A stretch of 30,283 nt of DNA from Azolla caroliniana (Eukaryota; Plantae; Polypodiophyta). The DNA lies in assembly GCA_043228905.1 (NCBI GenBank), contig JBHGNT010000377.1:1-30283 (forward strand). Reading direction: 5' to 3'. Made by a program: the position numbers and the translations under genes. Below are positions 29,915 through 30,283 of this stretch, piece after piece. Position 1 is the first letter of the stretch; the number at the start of each line of letters is the position of its first letter. The notes under the pieces were generated by a model, which did no database searches, was not told the DNA's origin, and saw only the letters and a list, made by a program, of their open reading frames with translations.

Positions 29915-30283
29915 GTGCAGTCGCCCCCCACCCAACCAACGGCTGAAGGTCCTGCGGGTTATTGTTTTCAGATACTACATAAGTATGCTCTGGTTTCTCT
30001 TCCATTTACAAATCTATGCTCCGTGATTTCTAGCTACATTTCTTTGACACTAGCATAAACACATTTTGGCCTATTTTGCTCAAATATGTATAGTGAAGAA
30101 ATGAAATGAGCTTCACGGAAGCTAGGAAATTTTGATGCCGTGTACTACCCTTGTTGCATACTTAAGAAACTACTTTTGTGTTGTACATTGCGATTGTATG
30201 CCATCTCCAACGATGATTTGAACTATAGCTCCGAAACAAACTTATCAAACATAAGAAAACTCTAACTGTAACTCACATCCCTT

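Overview
Eukaryotic, intron-rich, AT-rich land-plant nuclear DNA, most likely a fern or other seed-free plant (inferred from the style of the PLS-PPR gene; not proven). Manual GT-AG splice reconstruction gives six loci: the 5' end of VPS24/CHMP3 (minus strand, runs out of the window); a two-exon 72-aa single-TM microprotein missed by the ORF track; a probably pseudogenised plant RimP-like (UPF0090/DUF150) gene; a complete 8-exon CDKA (PSTAIRE, 294 aa); a complete 8-exon GINS PSF2 (211 aa); and an intronless PLS-E PPR gene lacking DYW. Between CDKA and PSF2 lies a 5'-truncated L1-type LINE with a poly(A) tail and a perfect 15-bp target-site duplication, possibly nested in a decayed hAT transposase. 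Many local tandem duplications (10-210 bp) occur, some touching promoters, a splice acceptor and the PPR start. I found no convincing new multi-gene system. The best leads are the microprotein, the PPR start frameshift, the RimP decay, the nested TEs and the CDKA-PSF2 pair with E2F-type sites. Family assignments come from recognised motifs, not database searches.
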